In this document: one piece after another, positions 21,953-32,614 of the stretch
Position numbering within the stretch: position 1 is the first letter of the stretch
Layout of the letters: each line of letters opens with the position of its first letter
From: Minisyncoccota bacterium
GTDB lineage: Bacteria; Patescibacteriota; Microgenomatia; UBA1400; UBA12028
Direction: 5' to 3'
Assembly (NCBI GenBank): GCA_003487265.1
Contig: DNEP01000010.1
Coordinates: forward strand, 1 to 60,361
DNA: 60,361 nucleotides
Program-made: the position numbers and the translations under genes
Notes under the pieces: generated by a model
What the model was told of the DNA's origin: nothing
Database searches by the model: none
Seen by the model: only the letters and a program-made list of their open reading frames with translations

Positions 21953-23986
21953 ATGGCACAGTCTCGATTACAGTTTTCTCGTGAAGCAAAAATCGAAAAG
22001 CGTCGGGCATTAGAAAATGCTGGTGTAAGCGTGCATCCATATTCTTTTTCACCATCACACTCGATCAAAGATGCACTGGAGGCACAAGGAAACGTAACGA
22101 TTGCGGGCCGTATTATTTCGCTTCGAGAACACGGGAAACTCAGCTTTATTGTATTGAAAGATGAAACAGCCGAGCTTCAGCTTATTTGTAAGTCGGATGT
22201 TCTTTCAACCTATGATCTTCTTGCATATCTTGATACTGGGGATTTCATTGGTGTCGTTGGAAAGCGCGTGCAGTCACAATCAGGTCAAGAATCTGTTGAG
22301 GTCAATACGCTCACTGTTCTCGGAAAATCGCTTCGTCCTCTTCCCAACGCTTGGCAAAATCTTGATGATCCAGAAATTCGATATCGAAAACGATACCTCG
22401 ATTTATTGATTCATCCTGATGCAAAACGCATTTTAGATGCGCGATGGTTAATCGTGAAGGAAATTCGTCGATATCTTCAGGATACTGAGGGCTTCACCGA
22501 GGTCGAAACGCCGATTTTACAACCATTATACGGTGGAACAAATGCAAAACCGTTTACTACGTACATGAATGCGCTCGATGTAAACTTTTATTTGCGCATC
22601 GCGCCCGAACTGTACTTAAAACGACTGATCGTCGGTGGATATGAACGCATCTTTGAGATCGCGCGAAACTTTCGCAACGAAGGAATTGATCAAACGCATC
22701 AGCCAGAATTTTCGATGATTGAATGGTATGAGGCGTACGCTGATTATCAACGCATGATGGATGTTGCTGAAGGATTGATTAAACATGTTGCACAAAAACT
22801 CAATGGAACATATGAAGTGATGATTGGTGAAAAGCTGATTTCTCTTGCTGGCGCTTGGCCAAGAATCCGCATGATTGACGCATTAACACAATTTGCAGAC
22901 ATTTCAGTTGAAAAAATGACGGATGAGCAACTACAATCGTTACTTGATCAACATCATTTAAAGATCAAAGGGTCGTTTTCGCGCGGGAAAGCGATTTTTG
23001 AGTTGTTTGACAAGTTGGTAACACCCCAACTCATTCAGCCAACATGGATTATTGATTATCCAAAAGAGGTGAGTCCACTTGCAAAACAACATCGCCTACA
23101 TCCCGATGAAGTTGAACGTTATGAAGGGTACATTGGTGGAAAAGAAATCTGCGATGGCTGGAGCGAGATCACCGATGGCCTCGAACAACGAAAGCGATTT
23201 GAGGTCGAGCAACAACATATGCGCGAAGGTGATGATGAAGCGCAACCAACTGATGAAGCCTTCCTCGAAGCGATGGAGTATGGGATGCCTCCGTTGGGTG
23301 GAATTGGAATCGGAATTGATCGCCTCGTGATGTTTTTAACAAACACGTGGTCAATTAAAGAAGTGATTGCGTTTCCAACACTGCGACCGGAAAAAACTGT
23401 GGACGCACCACAAAAAGCTCAGCAAAATCCTCCTTCACACATTTCAAAAACAACGCAATCAGATATCGATCTTGATTCTGCTCGAACTCTCCTTCGATCT
23501 CACATGAAAAATGAGGCATTGATTCATCACAGCGAGATGGTCGCCGACGCGATGCGCGCATATGCCGAAAAACTCGGTGAAGATGTCGATTTATGGTACG
23601 CGACGGGGCTATTGCACGACATGGATTGGGAGGAGTTTCCCGATGAGCATCCAAATAAAGCGATTGCGGAATGGTTAGGTGAGTATCCGCAGGAACTTCG
23701 TGAGGCGATTGCTGCTCACGCGCCAGAGCGCACGGGCCGTGAACCTCAAAACGCGCTGGATCGATATTTATTTGCGTGCGATGAACTTTCGGGACTGATG
23801 CACGCCGCGTCGCTCATGCGACCGACAGGTTTCCAAGGTATGGAGGTTTCATCTGTGAAGAAAAAGATTAAAGACAAAGGTTTTGCAAAAAATGTGAGCC
23901 GTGAGGACATTGCCAGGGGAATCGAGCTTATCGAAAGTAGCGTTGAAGATCATGTGGCGTTTTTGCTGGGCGTGTTTGAGAAATAA
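21953..23986 (+). CDS. lysS: Class II lysyl-tRNA synthetase fused to a C-terminal HD-domain (COG2316-like) hydrolase
   Basis: RYRKRYLDL, LRIAPELYLKRL, FRNEGID, YGMPPLGGIGIGIDRL, FP; then linker and HHSEMV...GLLHDMDWE...H...IAAH...ACDELSG HD domain. Confidence 0.95.
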   Translation: MAQSRLQFSREAKIEKRRALENAGVSVHPYSFSPSHSIKDALEAQGNVTIAGRIISLREHGKLSFIVLKDETAELQLICKSDVLSTYDLLAYLDTGDFIGVVGKRVQSQSGQESVEVNTLTVLGKSLRPLPNAWQNLDDPEIRYRKRYLDLLIHPDAKRILDARWLIVKEIRRYLQDTEGFTEVETPILQPLYGGTNAKPFTTYMNALDVNFYLRIAPELYLKRLIVGGYERIFEIARNFRNEGIDQTHQPEFSMIEWYEAYADYQRMMDVAEGLIKHVAQKLNGTYEVMIGEKLISLAGAWPRIRMIDALTQFADISVEKMTDEQLQSLLDQHHLKIKGSFSRGKAIFELFDKLVTPQLIQPTWIIDYPKEVSPLAKQHRLHPDEVERYEGYIGGKEICDGWSEITDGLEQRKRFEVEQQHMREGDDEAQPTDEAFLEAMEYGMPPLGGIGIGIDRLVMFLTNTWSIKEVIAFPTLRPEKTVDAPQKAQQNPPSHISKTTQSDIDLDSARTLLRSHMKNEALIHHSEMVADAMRAYAEKLGEDVDLWYATGLLHDMDWEEFPDEHPNKAIAEWLGEYPQELREAIAAHAPERTGREPQNALDRYLFACDELSGLMHAASLMRPTGFQGMEVSSVKKKIKDKGFAKNVSREDIARGIELIESSVEDHVAFLLGVFEK

Positions 23987-24049
23987 CCAGATATACGAAA
24001 CATTTCTTAACTGGAAAAATATCATCAATTTTGGTATAATTGAACGTAG

Positions 24050-24358
24050 ATGAATGACTTAAAATTGCCCTTGGAACTGCACAAATATTTTTGGGATGTA
24101 CGCATTGATCAGATGAATATTCAAGAAAAATCGTCATTTGTCATTAGTCGCATACTTGAACACGGCGACATCCCCGATTATCGATGGCTCATACAGCAGT
24201 ACGGAAAACCTGAAATAATTCGTGTGATAAAAACCTCAGCAAATATCTCACCAAAAACGGCAAATGCGTTTTGCGTGCAATGGGAAATTCCCAGAGAGGA
24301 TGTTCGATGTTTGCAACCGGGATTTCTGAATCCACAAAACTCAACTTTTAATATTTAA
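24050..24358 (+). CDS. DUF6922-like small protein (putative antitoxin), copy 1
   Basis: YFWD...VISRILEHGD...RWL motif typical of proteins encoded upstream of AbiEii-type nucleotidyltransferases. Confidence 0.7.
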   Translation: MNDLKLPLELHKYFWDVRIDQMNIQEKSSFVISRILEHGDIPDYRWLIQQYGKPEIIRVIKTSANISPKTANAFCVQWEIPREDVRCLQPGFLNPQNSTFNI

Positions 24359-24368
24359 TGATAATATT

Positions 24369-24617
24369 ATGCATATGAATGATAACTCAAAGCACATTCC
24401 AGATTCAGTTGCAAGATATTTTTGGGGCGACAACCTTAAAGATTTATCTTGGGTTTCTCATCAAAAGTATATGATTGAAACAATCCTCGAAAATGGAGAC
24501 GAGCATGCAGTTCGTTGGCTATTCATGAAAATCTCAAAAACTTCACTGCTTTCACTTTTACCAAGATTGAGACTTTCTGCAAAATCGAGAAACTTTTGGA
24601 ACTTTTATTTAGAATGA
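24369..24617 (+). CDS. DUF6922-like small protein (putative antitoxin), copy 2
   Basis: YFWG...MIETILENGD...RWL...SRNFW; ATGA overlap with the downstream NTase. Confidence 0.7.
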   Translation: MHMNDNSKHIPDSVARYFWGDNLKDLSWVSHQKYMIETILENGDEHAVRWLFMKISKTSLLSLLPRLRLSAKSRNFWNFYLE

Positions 24618-25246
24618 GGAACATGCATCTCCAAACACTCCCCCAGCAAACTGCGAATTTATTAAATACTTTTGATTTTTCTGTAATTAATCCAATTGGG
24701 AATTTCTATCTATCAGGAGGAACAGCCCTGTCGTTGCAGATAGGACATCGGGAATCAGAAGATCTGGACTTCTTCTTTAATGAAGACTTTGATCCAAATA
24801 AGTTACTTGAAATACTGTCACAACAGAGAAAACTTGAATCCGTTGGTATCGAAATTGGTACTTTAAATACGTATATTTCTGGTGTAAAACTTCAGTTTCT
24901 GCACTATCCATATGAATTATTACAGAATGGCCTTTTGTGGAATGGTTTAGTGTTGAGTTCTGTGCTTGATATAGCATGCACGAAACTGCAAACAATCGGG
25001 ATGAGAGGTGGAAAAAAAGATTTCATTGATCTCTTTTTTATTCTTGATCAATACCCTCTAGATTTTCTTATTCATAAGCTTAGTGAAAAGTATCCTCAAG
25101 TACAGTATAGTCTTCCACACATCTTAAAATCACTGACATATTTCGAAGACGCAAATGAACAACCAATGCCTAGAATGCATAAAGATGTCACATGGGAGCA
25201 AGTGCAAGCAAAAATGATTCAGTCTATGCGAAAAATATCGATGTAA
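24614..25246 (+). CDS. AbiEii/AbiGii-family nucleotidyltransferase (putative type IV TA toxin)
   Basis: FYLSGGTALSLQIGHRESEDLDFF and K...RGGKKDFIDL motifs; start 24614 or 24623. Confidence 0.88.
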   Translation: MRNMHLQTLPQQTANLLNTFDFSVINPIGNFYLSGGTALSLQIGHRESEDLDFFFNEDFDPNKLLEILSQQRKLESVGIEIGTLNTYISGVKLQFLHYPYELLQNGLLWNGLVLSSVLDIACTKLQTIGMRGGKKDFIDLFFILDQYPLDFLIHKLSEKYPQVQYSLPHILKSLTYFEDANEQPMPRMHKDVTWEQVQAKMIQSMRKISM

Positions 25247-25294
25247 AATTGTATTTTTCATCGAATAATTCACGTCTTATGTTAAGATATTCAC

Positions 25295-25741
25295 ATGCTT
25301 TCTACAAATAAAGATGTTGGTCGTTTCATGGTAGCTGTCGGTGGTGTACTTGAGGCGAAAGCGACTGGAAATATTTTGCTTGTTCAACGGCATGCATCAC
25401 TCGATTGGCAACCGAGTCAGTGGGAAATTATCTACGGTCGATTAAACCAAGGTGAATCCACAGAAGATGCACTTCGTCGCGAGTTTACGGAAGAGGTCGG
25501 ATTCAATGAATTTTACATCAAGGAAGTTTTACGTACTTGGCATATCTATCGTGGTGTAAAATCAGATGAAAATGAACTGATTGGAATAACCTTTTCGTTA
25601 CAATGCACGGAAGAGTTTGAGCCAAAAATCTCAGCCGAACATCAAAACTTCATTTGGACATCTCCCGAACATGCGATAGAATTGTGCTCGGTGGATGGAA
25701 TTCGTGAGGATTTGCGAATTTTTCAACATTCGAAGGAGTAA
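25295..25741 (+). CDS. NUDIX hydrolase
   Basis: Nudix box GRLNQGESTEDALRREFTEEVG; SAEHQNFIW. Confidence 0.9.
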   Translation: MLSTNKDVGRFMVAVGGVLEAKATGNILLVQRHASLDWQPSQWEIIYGRLNQGESTEDALRREFTEEVGFNEFYIKEVLRTWHIYRGVKSDENELIGITFSLQCTEEFEPKISAEHQNFIWTSPEHAIELCSVDGIREDLRIFQHSKE

Positions 25742-25743
25742 TC

Positions 25744-27009
25744 ATGTTAGATATTCAATACATTCGCGAGCATACAAAAGAACTCCGTCAAGGAATTCAA
25801 AACAAACAAATGAACCCTGCGATTGTGGACGAGGTGTTGCGCGTTGACGACCAGCGTCGCCTCCTTATCCAACAAGTCGAGGAACTTCGAGCGCGAATCA
25901 ACGCGCATGCGAGGTCGCTTCAAGGTGGCCGTCCTTCAGATGAAAACATTCAGATTGGGCGAGCGTTAAAAGAACAACTTCAAGATGTTGAGCCTCAACT
26001 CAAAAAAATCGAGGAATCCTTCACAAATTTGATGATGCAGGTGCCCAATCCACCCGCACACGACACCCCAATTGGCAAAGATGAGTCGGAAAATCTGGAA
26101 GTGAAAACTTGGGGAACGATTCCTTCGTTCACTTTTCAACCAAAAACGCATGACGAATTATGTGAAAATCTTGATTTGATTGATACAAAACGCGCTGTGA
26201 AGATTGCGGGAACGCGTTCATATTTTTTGAAAAATGATCTCGTGCTGCTTGATTACGCGGTGTTGATGTTTGCGCTCAACATGATGATCAAAAAAGGATA
26301 CACGCCGTTTGAAGTCCCTTGGATGGTCAACGACGATGCGATGTGGGGAACAGGCTATTTTCCTTGGGGGATGCAGGATCATTTTCAAACGCAGGATGGG
26401 CAAAAATTGATTGGGACTGCGGAAGTTTCGCTTACCGCATATCGAAAAGATGAGATCTTGAATGAAAAAGATCTGCCAATGCGTATGGTCGGGATTTCAC
26501 CGTGTTTTCGCCGAGAAGTTGGGACGTATGGAAAAGATTCAAAGGGGATTTTCCGCGTGCATCAGTTCCAAAAAGTCGAGCAAGTGGTGTATACCGTTGC
26601 TGAAGAAGATCGGACGCGCGAAATGCATGATGAGATGCTTGGGCATGCCGAGGAGCTTTTGCAGGCGTTAAATCTTCCATATCATGTGCTGAGGATGTGT
26701 TCGGGAGATATGGGGGCTGGCCAAAAACGTAAATACGACATAGAAGTCTGGTTCCCCGGTCAAAACGCGTATCGAGAAACACACTCCGATTCCTACTTTA
26801 ATGATTTTCAGTCGCGTCGATTGAACATTCGGTATCGCGCCAAAGATGGATCCCTCAAATATGTGTACACGTTAAACAATACGGTCGCGGCGACGCCCAG
26901 ACTTTTGGCTGGAATTATCGAGAACTACCAACAAGCTGATGGCTCAATCCGAATCCCCGAAGTACTTCAGCCGTTTATAGGGAAAGAGATAATTGAAGCG
27001 AGGGTGTAA
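25744..27009 (+). CDS. serS: Seryl-tRNA synthetase
   Basis: MLDIQYIRE, GTAEV, CFRREVG, GIFRVHQFQKVE, TLNNT, ENYQQADGSIRIPEVLQPF. Confidence 0.97.
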   Translation: MLDIQYIREHTKELRQGIQNKQMNPAIVDEVLRVDDQRRLLIQQVEELRARINAHARSLQGGRPSDENIQIGRALKEQLQDVEPQLKKIEESFTNLMMQVPNPPAHDTPIGKDESENLEVKTWGTIPSFTFQPKTHDELCENLDLIDTKRAVKIAGTRSYFLKNDLVLLDYAVLMFALNMMIKKGYTPFEVPWMVNDDAMWGTGYFPWGMQDHFQTQDGQKLIGTAEVSLTAYRKDEILNEKDLPMRMVGISPCFRREVGTYGKDSKGIFRVHQFQKVEQVVYTVAEEDRTREMHDEMLGHAEELLQALNLPYHVLRMCSGDMGAGQKRKYDIEVWFPGQNAYRETHSDSYFNDFQSRRLNIRYRAKDGSLKYVYTLNNTVAATPRLLAGIIENYQQADGSIRIPEVLQPFIGKEIIEARV

Positions 27010-27018
27010 AATACTCGC

Positions 27019-28362
27019 ATGATTGAAGGTCAGTCTCCATTGCATCGATCTGAGTTTTCCATGAAAAACACTTCGGGGGGGGTCACAGATACCGTTTCGC
27101 TTGTTTTGCCGAGAAAACATGGAAACCTCTATGCTGAAGAACAAATATTCTGGAAGGCAGATTATCGTTATTTTGAAAACAACGTTCTTGTGCTTTCTCA
27201 ACCGAAATCATCAACTGGATGTGGCGATGCTTTTATTTATTCAACTTCATTGAATACTCGACCAGATCATTATTTTAATACTGTAATGTCAGAATGGCTT
27301 TTTCTAGTTGATGGTCTTTCTCCGTATTCGAATGATTGGGAAGATTTCATTCGCGATCATCTTCTTAATCCTGATTCTCATCGTCTAAATGTTTCGGGAT
27401 TCAATTCAGAAACATTGGGCTCGTTTAATGTTTCAAGGCCTGATTATTTTTTGCACGACATTTTGTTTTATTTTGTTCATTCAAATGAATTTATGGAATT
27501 AACTCAACTTATTAATCAAGAATTGTCTATTGAGCTCAATTTTTGGGAAACACTCATTGCTAACACTCAAGTAACATCACAACTCCTTGAGCATATTCAA
27601 CATGAGCTATGGCAAAAACAAATTCGATACATTGGCACAATTCTTTATTGTTTGGGCGCATTTAGAAAGTCATGTTTAGATAGTCTCTGTTTGAGTTTAA
27701 TAGATACCGAGTTTTTTAAATTGTTCTATTCGAAAACATCATACAATTGGAACGCAAACGGTCCTTTTGCATTGATGCATTCGATAACAATTACGACACC
27801 GAAAATTATAAGCGGGCTGTTTCAACAGGTTTCAGCTTATACAAAGACAACATCAAATGCCGACGTGGATCAATTTCAGTCAGAAGAAGAGGAAAATACG
27901 CACATGATAGATAGTAATGCTCCAATGGATTTAGCAATTGAACAAGTATTGAATGTTGAAGAGATAAAAGGTAGAGGAAAAAATAATATAACAGCTCAAA
28001 ACTTAAAAATGAAAAAACCAGGATCGCTGTATGCTGTTCTTCCTCATGATTATTGGTACAAATACATTCCTTCATTAAATGAATCTCTTCTGTATTTGCG
28101 ATTAGCATCCATTTCACATGGCCCAAAAAAAGTAAATGAATGGGTGAATCAACACGCATTAACAACAGATGGATTCTCCCACGAAGATGCCAGCTTAGGT
28201 CGAGCTAATGACCGAAAAACTGAGCGAGGTGTTCATAAGGATTCCGCTTACCAAAAAGCATTTAGTCCTTTATGGCATGTAATAGATATCGCGAATGATC
28301 TATTTGTCGATCATCCTTTAGATGATCGAACCGCAATTGTCACAGCAAGTCATACTATTTAG
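27019..28362 (+). CDS. Hypothetical protein (447 aa orphan)
   Basis: Long AT-rich ORF; TAAAAT 6 nt before ATG; no recognisable motif. Confidence 0.75.
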   Translation: MIEGQSPLHRSEFSMKNTSGGVTDTVSLVLPRKHGNLYAEEQIFWKADYRYFENNVLVLSQPKSSTGCGDAFIYSTSLNTRPDHYFNTVMSEWLFLVDGLSPYSNDWEDFIRDHLLNPDSHRLNVSGFNSETLGSFNVSRPDYFLHDILFYFVHSNEFMELTQLINQELSIELNFWETLIANTQVTSQLLEHIQHELWQKQIRYIGTILYCLGAFRKSCLDSLCLSLIDTEFFKLFYSKTSYNWNANGPFALMHSITITTPKIISGLFQQVSAYTKTTSNADVDQFQSEEEENTHMIDSNAPMDLAIEQVLNVEEIKGRGKNNITAQNLKMKKPGSLYAVLPHDYWYKYIPSLNESLLYLRLASISHGPKKVNEWVNQHALTTDGFSHEDASLGRANDRKTERGVHKDSAYQKAFSPLWHVIDIANDLFVDHPLDDRTAIVTASHTI

Positions 28363-28416
28363 TATATTATGATCTCCACATGAAACCTCTCATTTTCTCT
28401 GCTACAATAGCCTCCT

Positions 28417-31176
28417 ATGTTTACCTTTTTTTCAAAAATATTCGATGAAAACGCAAAAACAATAGATCGATATCAAAAAATCGTTTCACAGATTAATGAT
28501 CTCGAAAAATCGACGAAGAAACTTTCTGACGAAAAACTCAAACTGCAAACAAAAAAGTTTCGCACCGCAATTCAAAACGGAAAAACACTTGAAGACATTC
28601 TCCCCGAAGCCTTCGCGACCATCCGCGAGGCCTCCTCGCGTACAACAGGCCTTCGCCACTTCGACGTTCAACTCCTCGCCGGTCTCGCATTTCACGAAGG
28701 AAACATCGCAGAACAGCGCACAGGTGAGGGAAAAACGTTATCTGCAACCCTCGCGCTGTACCTCAACGCACTCGAAGGAAAAGGGGCGCATTTAATCACC
28801 GTGAACGACTACCTCGCGCAACTCGGCGCAGGGTGGATGGGCCAGATTTTTTCAGCACTCGATATGTCGGTTGGCGTTATCATTCATGATCAATCGTATC
28901 GATATGATCCAAGTTTTAAATCTGAGGATCGTGGCGATGACCGTCTCGAACATTTTAGGCCTGTATCGCGCAAAGAAGCCTATGCCTGCGACATCACCTA
29001 TGGAACAAATAACGAGTTTGGGTTTGATTATCTTCGCGACAACATGGTTCAGCGCGCTGATGAAGTCGTTCAACGCGAACTTCAGTATGCGATTGTGGAT
29101 GAGGCGGACTCGATTTTAATCGACGAAGCCCGAACCCCGCTTATTATTTCCGCACCAGACGTTGAACCAACAAAAAAGTATTACGATTACGCACGTATGG
29201 TCGACACACTCGAAAAGGATTCCGACTATTCACTAGACGAGAAAGCGCGATCCGCAACCTTAACCGATCTCGGTGTAAAGCGAATCGAAAAAAAACTTGG
29301 CGTATCAAATCTATACGAAGAAGACTTCGACGTTATTCATCATATTGAGTCCGCACTCAAAGCAAAATCTTTGTTTCAACGCGATAAAGATTACATTGTT
29401 CGCGAAGGCGAAGTTATTATTGTTGATGAACACACCGGCCGATTAATGTACGGTCGCAGATACAGTGACGGCATTCATCAGTCAATAGAAGCAAAGGAAA
29501 ATGTCAAAATCCAACAAGAATCGCGCACACTCGCGACCGTTTCACTTCAAAACTACTTCAGATTGTATAAAAAACTCGCGGGAATGACGGGAACCGCCGC
29601 AACCGAGGCCGAGGAGTTTAAGAAGATTTACAACATGAATGTGGTGACTATTCCCACACATCTTCCCGTGCAACGTCAAGATTATTCCGACATTGTGTAC
29701 AAAACCACCGCGGTGAAATACGGAGCGATCGTGGCTGAGGTCGAGGAAATGCACAAACTCGGTCGTCCCGTGCTTCTTGGCACACGCTCAATTCAACATA
29801 ACGAAATCATCGCAGAGTATTTGCAACGGAAAAAAATTCCCCATGTGGTGTTAAACGCGAAAAATCACGAGCGCGAGGCGTTTATCATTGCCGACGCGGG
29901 AAAGTTGGGAGCGGTGATCGTGGCAACGAACATTGCGGGACGCGGAGTTGATATTGTTCTTGGTGGATCAAAACCCGAGCGAAAAGATTTTGAGTCAGAT
30001 TCCGCATTTGAATCAGCAAAGAAAAAATGGACAATTGATCATGAAAAAGTAGTGGCTGCGGGCGGTCTCCACGTTATTGGCACCGAACGACACGAGTCGA
30101 GACGCATAGACAATCAGTTGCGAGGTCGCGCCGGTCGTCAAGGTGATCCTGGCTCCTCTCGCTTCTTTATCTCACTAGAAGATGACATTATGCGCATTTT
30201 CGGCGGAGAACAGATCAGTAAGGCAATGGACTTTCTCAAAATCGAGGAAAATCAGCCAATTGAGCATGGCATGGTTGGAAAAGCGATCGAGCAGGCGCAA
30301 GTAAAAGTGGAAGGCTTCTTTTTTGATCAACGAAAACGTTTAGTTGAGTTTGATGACGTGATGAACAAGCAACGCGAGGTAATTTATGCACGACGCCGTT
30401 CAATTCTCGAGCAACAAAAAGATCAACGCGCGGAGATCATGACAAACATTGATACTTCGATCGACGCACTTGTCTCATTTCACTCCACCGATCCTCAGAC
30501 TGATGAGTCACTAAATATTATTATGCGCGAGTTTGTGGGGATCGTTCCGTTTGACGAAAACTCGCAAAAAGCAATTCGACAAGAAATTTCTGCGCTTTCC
30601 TCACATGAAGAGGTTTCAGAAAAACTCACCGCGATTGCGCATCAGGTATTTGAACAACGTGAACAGCAGTACGGTGAGCAGGTTTCTCGCGAACTCGAAC
30701 GATTTGTCACGCTTTCATCAATTGACGAGCTGTGGATGGATCATCTCGACAGCATGGATTCCTTGCGTGAGGGTATTTGGCTTCGGGGTGACAAACAAGC
30801 GGTTCTTTCTGCATATAAACAGGAAGCCTTTGAGATGTTTTCTTCACTCATGTCGCGCATTTCCGACACTATTGTGCACCGCATTTACCGCGTTCAAGCG
30901 GTGACGCGAACGCAGATGGAGTCCGCACAACAATCCTCGGTGGAGTTAAAACAGGAAACCTTCGGAGGCTCGATTGCCGAGCAAGCCCAGACCGCTCAAC
31001 AAAATCTTGAAAAACCTGCGACAACAAAAGGCTCGCTCACGGATTTTGCATCTGCACTTGGAAAATCAAAGCCCGCACCAGTGAAAATGTCGCCTGTTGG
31101 AAAAGAAAAGATTGGGCGAAATGATCCATGTCCATGTGGAAGTGGAAAAAAATATAAGAAGTGTCATGGCGCGTAA
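28417..31176 (+). CDS. secA: Preprotein translocase subunit SecA
   Basis: [59 protein letters not shown]. Confidence 0.98.
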   Translation: MFTFFSKIFDENAKTIDRYQKIVSQINDLEKSTKKLSDEKLKLQTKKFRTAIQNGKTLEDILPEAFATIREASSRTTGLRHFDVQLLAGLAFHEGNIAEQRTGEGKTLSATLALYLNALEGKGAHLITVNDYLAQLGAGWMGQIFSALDMSVGVIIHDQSYRYDPSFKSEDRGDDRLEHFRPVSRKEAYACDITYGTNNEFGFDYLRDNMVQRADEVVQRELQYAIVDEADSILIDEARTPLIISAPDVEPTKKYYDYARMVDTLEKDSDYSLDEKARSATLTDLGVKRIEKKLGVSNLYEEDFDVIHHIESALKAKSLFQRDKDYIVREGEVIIVDEHTGRLMYGRRYSDGIHQSIEAKENVKIQQESRTLATVSLQNYFRLYKKLAGMTGTAATEAEEFKKIYNMNVVTIPTHLPVQRQDYSDIVYKTTAVKYGAIVAEVEEMHKLGRPVLLGTRSIQHNEIIAEYLQRKKIPHVVLNAKNHEREAFIIADAGKLGAVIVATNIAGRGVDIVLGGSKPERKDFESDSAFESAKKKWTIDHEKVVAAGGLHVIGTERHESRRIDNQLRGRAGRQGDPGSSRFFISLEDDIMRIFGGEQISKAMDFLKIEENQPIEHGMVGKAIEQAQVKVEGFFFDQRKRLVEFDDVMNKQREVIYARRRSILEQQKDQRAEIMTNIDTSIDALVSFHSTDPQTDESLNIIMREFVGIVPFDENSQKAIRQEISALSSHEEVSEKLTAIAHQVFEQREQQYGEQVSRELERFVTLSSIDELWMDHLDSMDSLREGIWLRGDKQAVLSAYKQEAFEMFSSLMSRISDTIVHRIYRVQAVTRTQMESAQQSSVELKQETFGGSIAEQAQTAQQNLEKPATTKGSLTDFASALGKSKPAPVKMSPVGKEKIGRNDPCPCGSGKKYKKCHGA

Positions 31177-32287
31177 CATCAAGTATTTTTTCATCGCTCA
31201 ATCATTTTCCGCAATGTATTTTTGGATGGTGCTCGCTGTTCCGTTTTTAACTTCAAGAGGATATTCTCCAACTCAGGTTTTTTCCTTTCTTGCGTTCTAC
31301 AACTTTATTGGACTGATTCTTGAATATCCAACGGGAGTATTGGGTGACAGGATTGGACACCAAAAAACACTCTATATCTGTTTCGTTTTCGCTTTCTTGT
31401 TTATGATCTCAGTGCTATTTGCTTCAAATACTTGGCTCGTTCTGTTAAGTTTAATTCTTGGAGCGATTGCTTCCGGTCTGGAATCTGGAAACGATATGGG
31501 ACTTTTAAAATCAATCTCAACCTCAATCCGCATCGATACCGCGAACTACAATGCACTTCGAGATATGACTTTTTTTGTGGGATCCATTCTTGCGGGGTTT
31601 CTCGCATCTTTAATCGGATATGCTCCCACACTTTTAATAAGCGGTTTTTGCATGCTTCTTGGAGTTGTTCCACTTTCACAAGTAAAAGTGCTACGAAAAA
31701 TCGACGAAAAAGATCCCAAGATCTCAGAAATTGTGCAAGCAAGTTTTCGCGCACTATCCTCAAAACCACTTTTAGGACTGTTTATCGTCACAATGGTTGT
31801 GGTCGGATACGCATACAGTGTAAAAAGTGTTTTTGGAAGTTTTACCTCGGTGTTTCAAATACCCGTTGAACAAATTGGAATCCTCATTGGGCTTGGGGGA
31901 CTTCTTCGAGCAATGGGAGCAAAAGGATATGCGAGCATTTCTCAACGCTATGTCTACATATTCCTAATCAGTATTGTGGCGAGCTTTTTTATCATTGGCT
32001 TATTCCCAACATTTTTGGTCATGGTTCTGTTGATATCATTAACACAACTCTTTTTTGGATACGTGATGGCTCATTTTGATGGCGAGCTTCACGAGTTAAC
32101 CGAGGGGAGGATTCGCTCGAGCATGTTTTCATTGAAACGAATTTGCGTTCGAACGTTTTCGATTCTTTTTCTTGCGGTGTATGGATTTTCGATTGATCAC
32201 CAGTATGTTGGCATTCTCTATCTCGTCACCGCGGGTCTTCTTGCAATCAGTATTTTGTTTCAGTACCGACTTTCGAAACAAAAGTGA
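31166..32287 (+). CDS. MFS transporter
   Basis: Multiple TM helices, [18 protein letters not shown] motif A; start ATG 31166 overlapping secA end. Confidence 0.88.
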   Translation: MARNIKYFFIAQSFSAMYFWMVLAVPFLTSRGYSPTQVFSFLAFYNFIGLILEYPTGVLGDRIGHQKTLYICFVFAFLFMISVLFASNTWLVLLSLILGAIASGLESGNDMGLLKSISTSIRIDTANYNALRDMTFFVGSILAGFLASLIGYAPTLLISGFCMLLGVVPLSQVKVLRKIDEKDPKISEIVQASFRALSSKPLLGLFIVTMVVVGYAYSVKSVFGSFTSVFQIPVEQIGILIGLGGLLRAMGAKGYASISQRYVYIFLISIVASFFIIGLFPTFLVMVLLISLTQLFFGYVMAHFDGELHELTEGRIRSSMFSLKRICVRTFSILFLAVYGFSIDHQYVGILYLVTAGLLAISILFQYRLSKQK

Positions 32288-32314
32288 TATACTGAAGGAA
32301 AGATCGGAGATCAT

Positions 32315-32596
32315 ATGCAAACAAAAAAAACAGCATCAAATAAAGAAGCGTCAAAGAAGTCGACCGAAGAAATTATCAAGGTCACAGGTATTCAGTTAGT
32401 TTCAAAAGTGAAAGAACTCATCAAGGAAGGGAATGTGCGAAAAATCACCATTCTCGACAAAAATGAGCGAACCATCCTTTCAATTCCTTTAACTATTGGG
32501 GTTGTGGGATTTATTCTCGCACCAATTTTTGCAGCAGTGGCAGGAGTAGCCGCACTCGTCACCGAATGTCAAATCAAGATTGAACGCGAAAACTAA
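32315..32596 (+). CDS. DUF4342 domain protein
   Basis: KVKELIKEGNVRKI...IPLTIGVVG...AALVTEC signature. Confidence 0.8.
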   Translation: MQTKKTASNKEASKKSTEEIIKVTGIQLVSKVKELIKEGNVRKITILDKNERTILSIPLTIGVVGFILAPIFAAVAGVAALVTECQIKIEREN

Positions 32597-32614
32597 GAGA
32601 AAGGCCTGCCCGCC

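Noticed and set aside
21935..21955. greA TGA is in frame with lysS (possible readthrough fusion); likewise MFS to DUF4342
   Set aside because: One-in-three chance phase; both proteins are complete on their own and there is no readthrough signal
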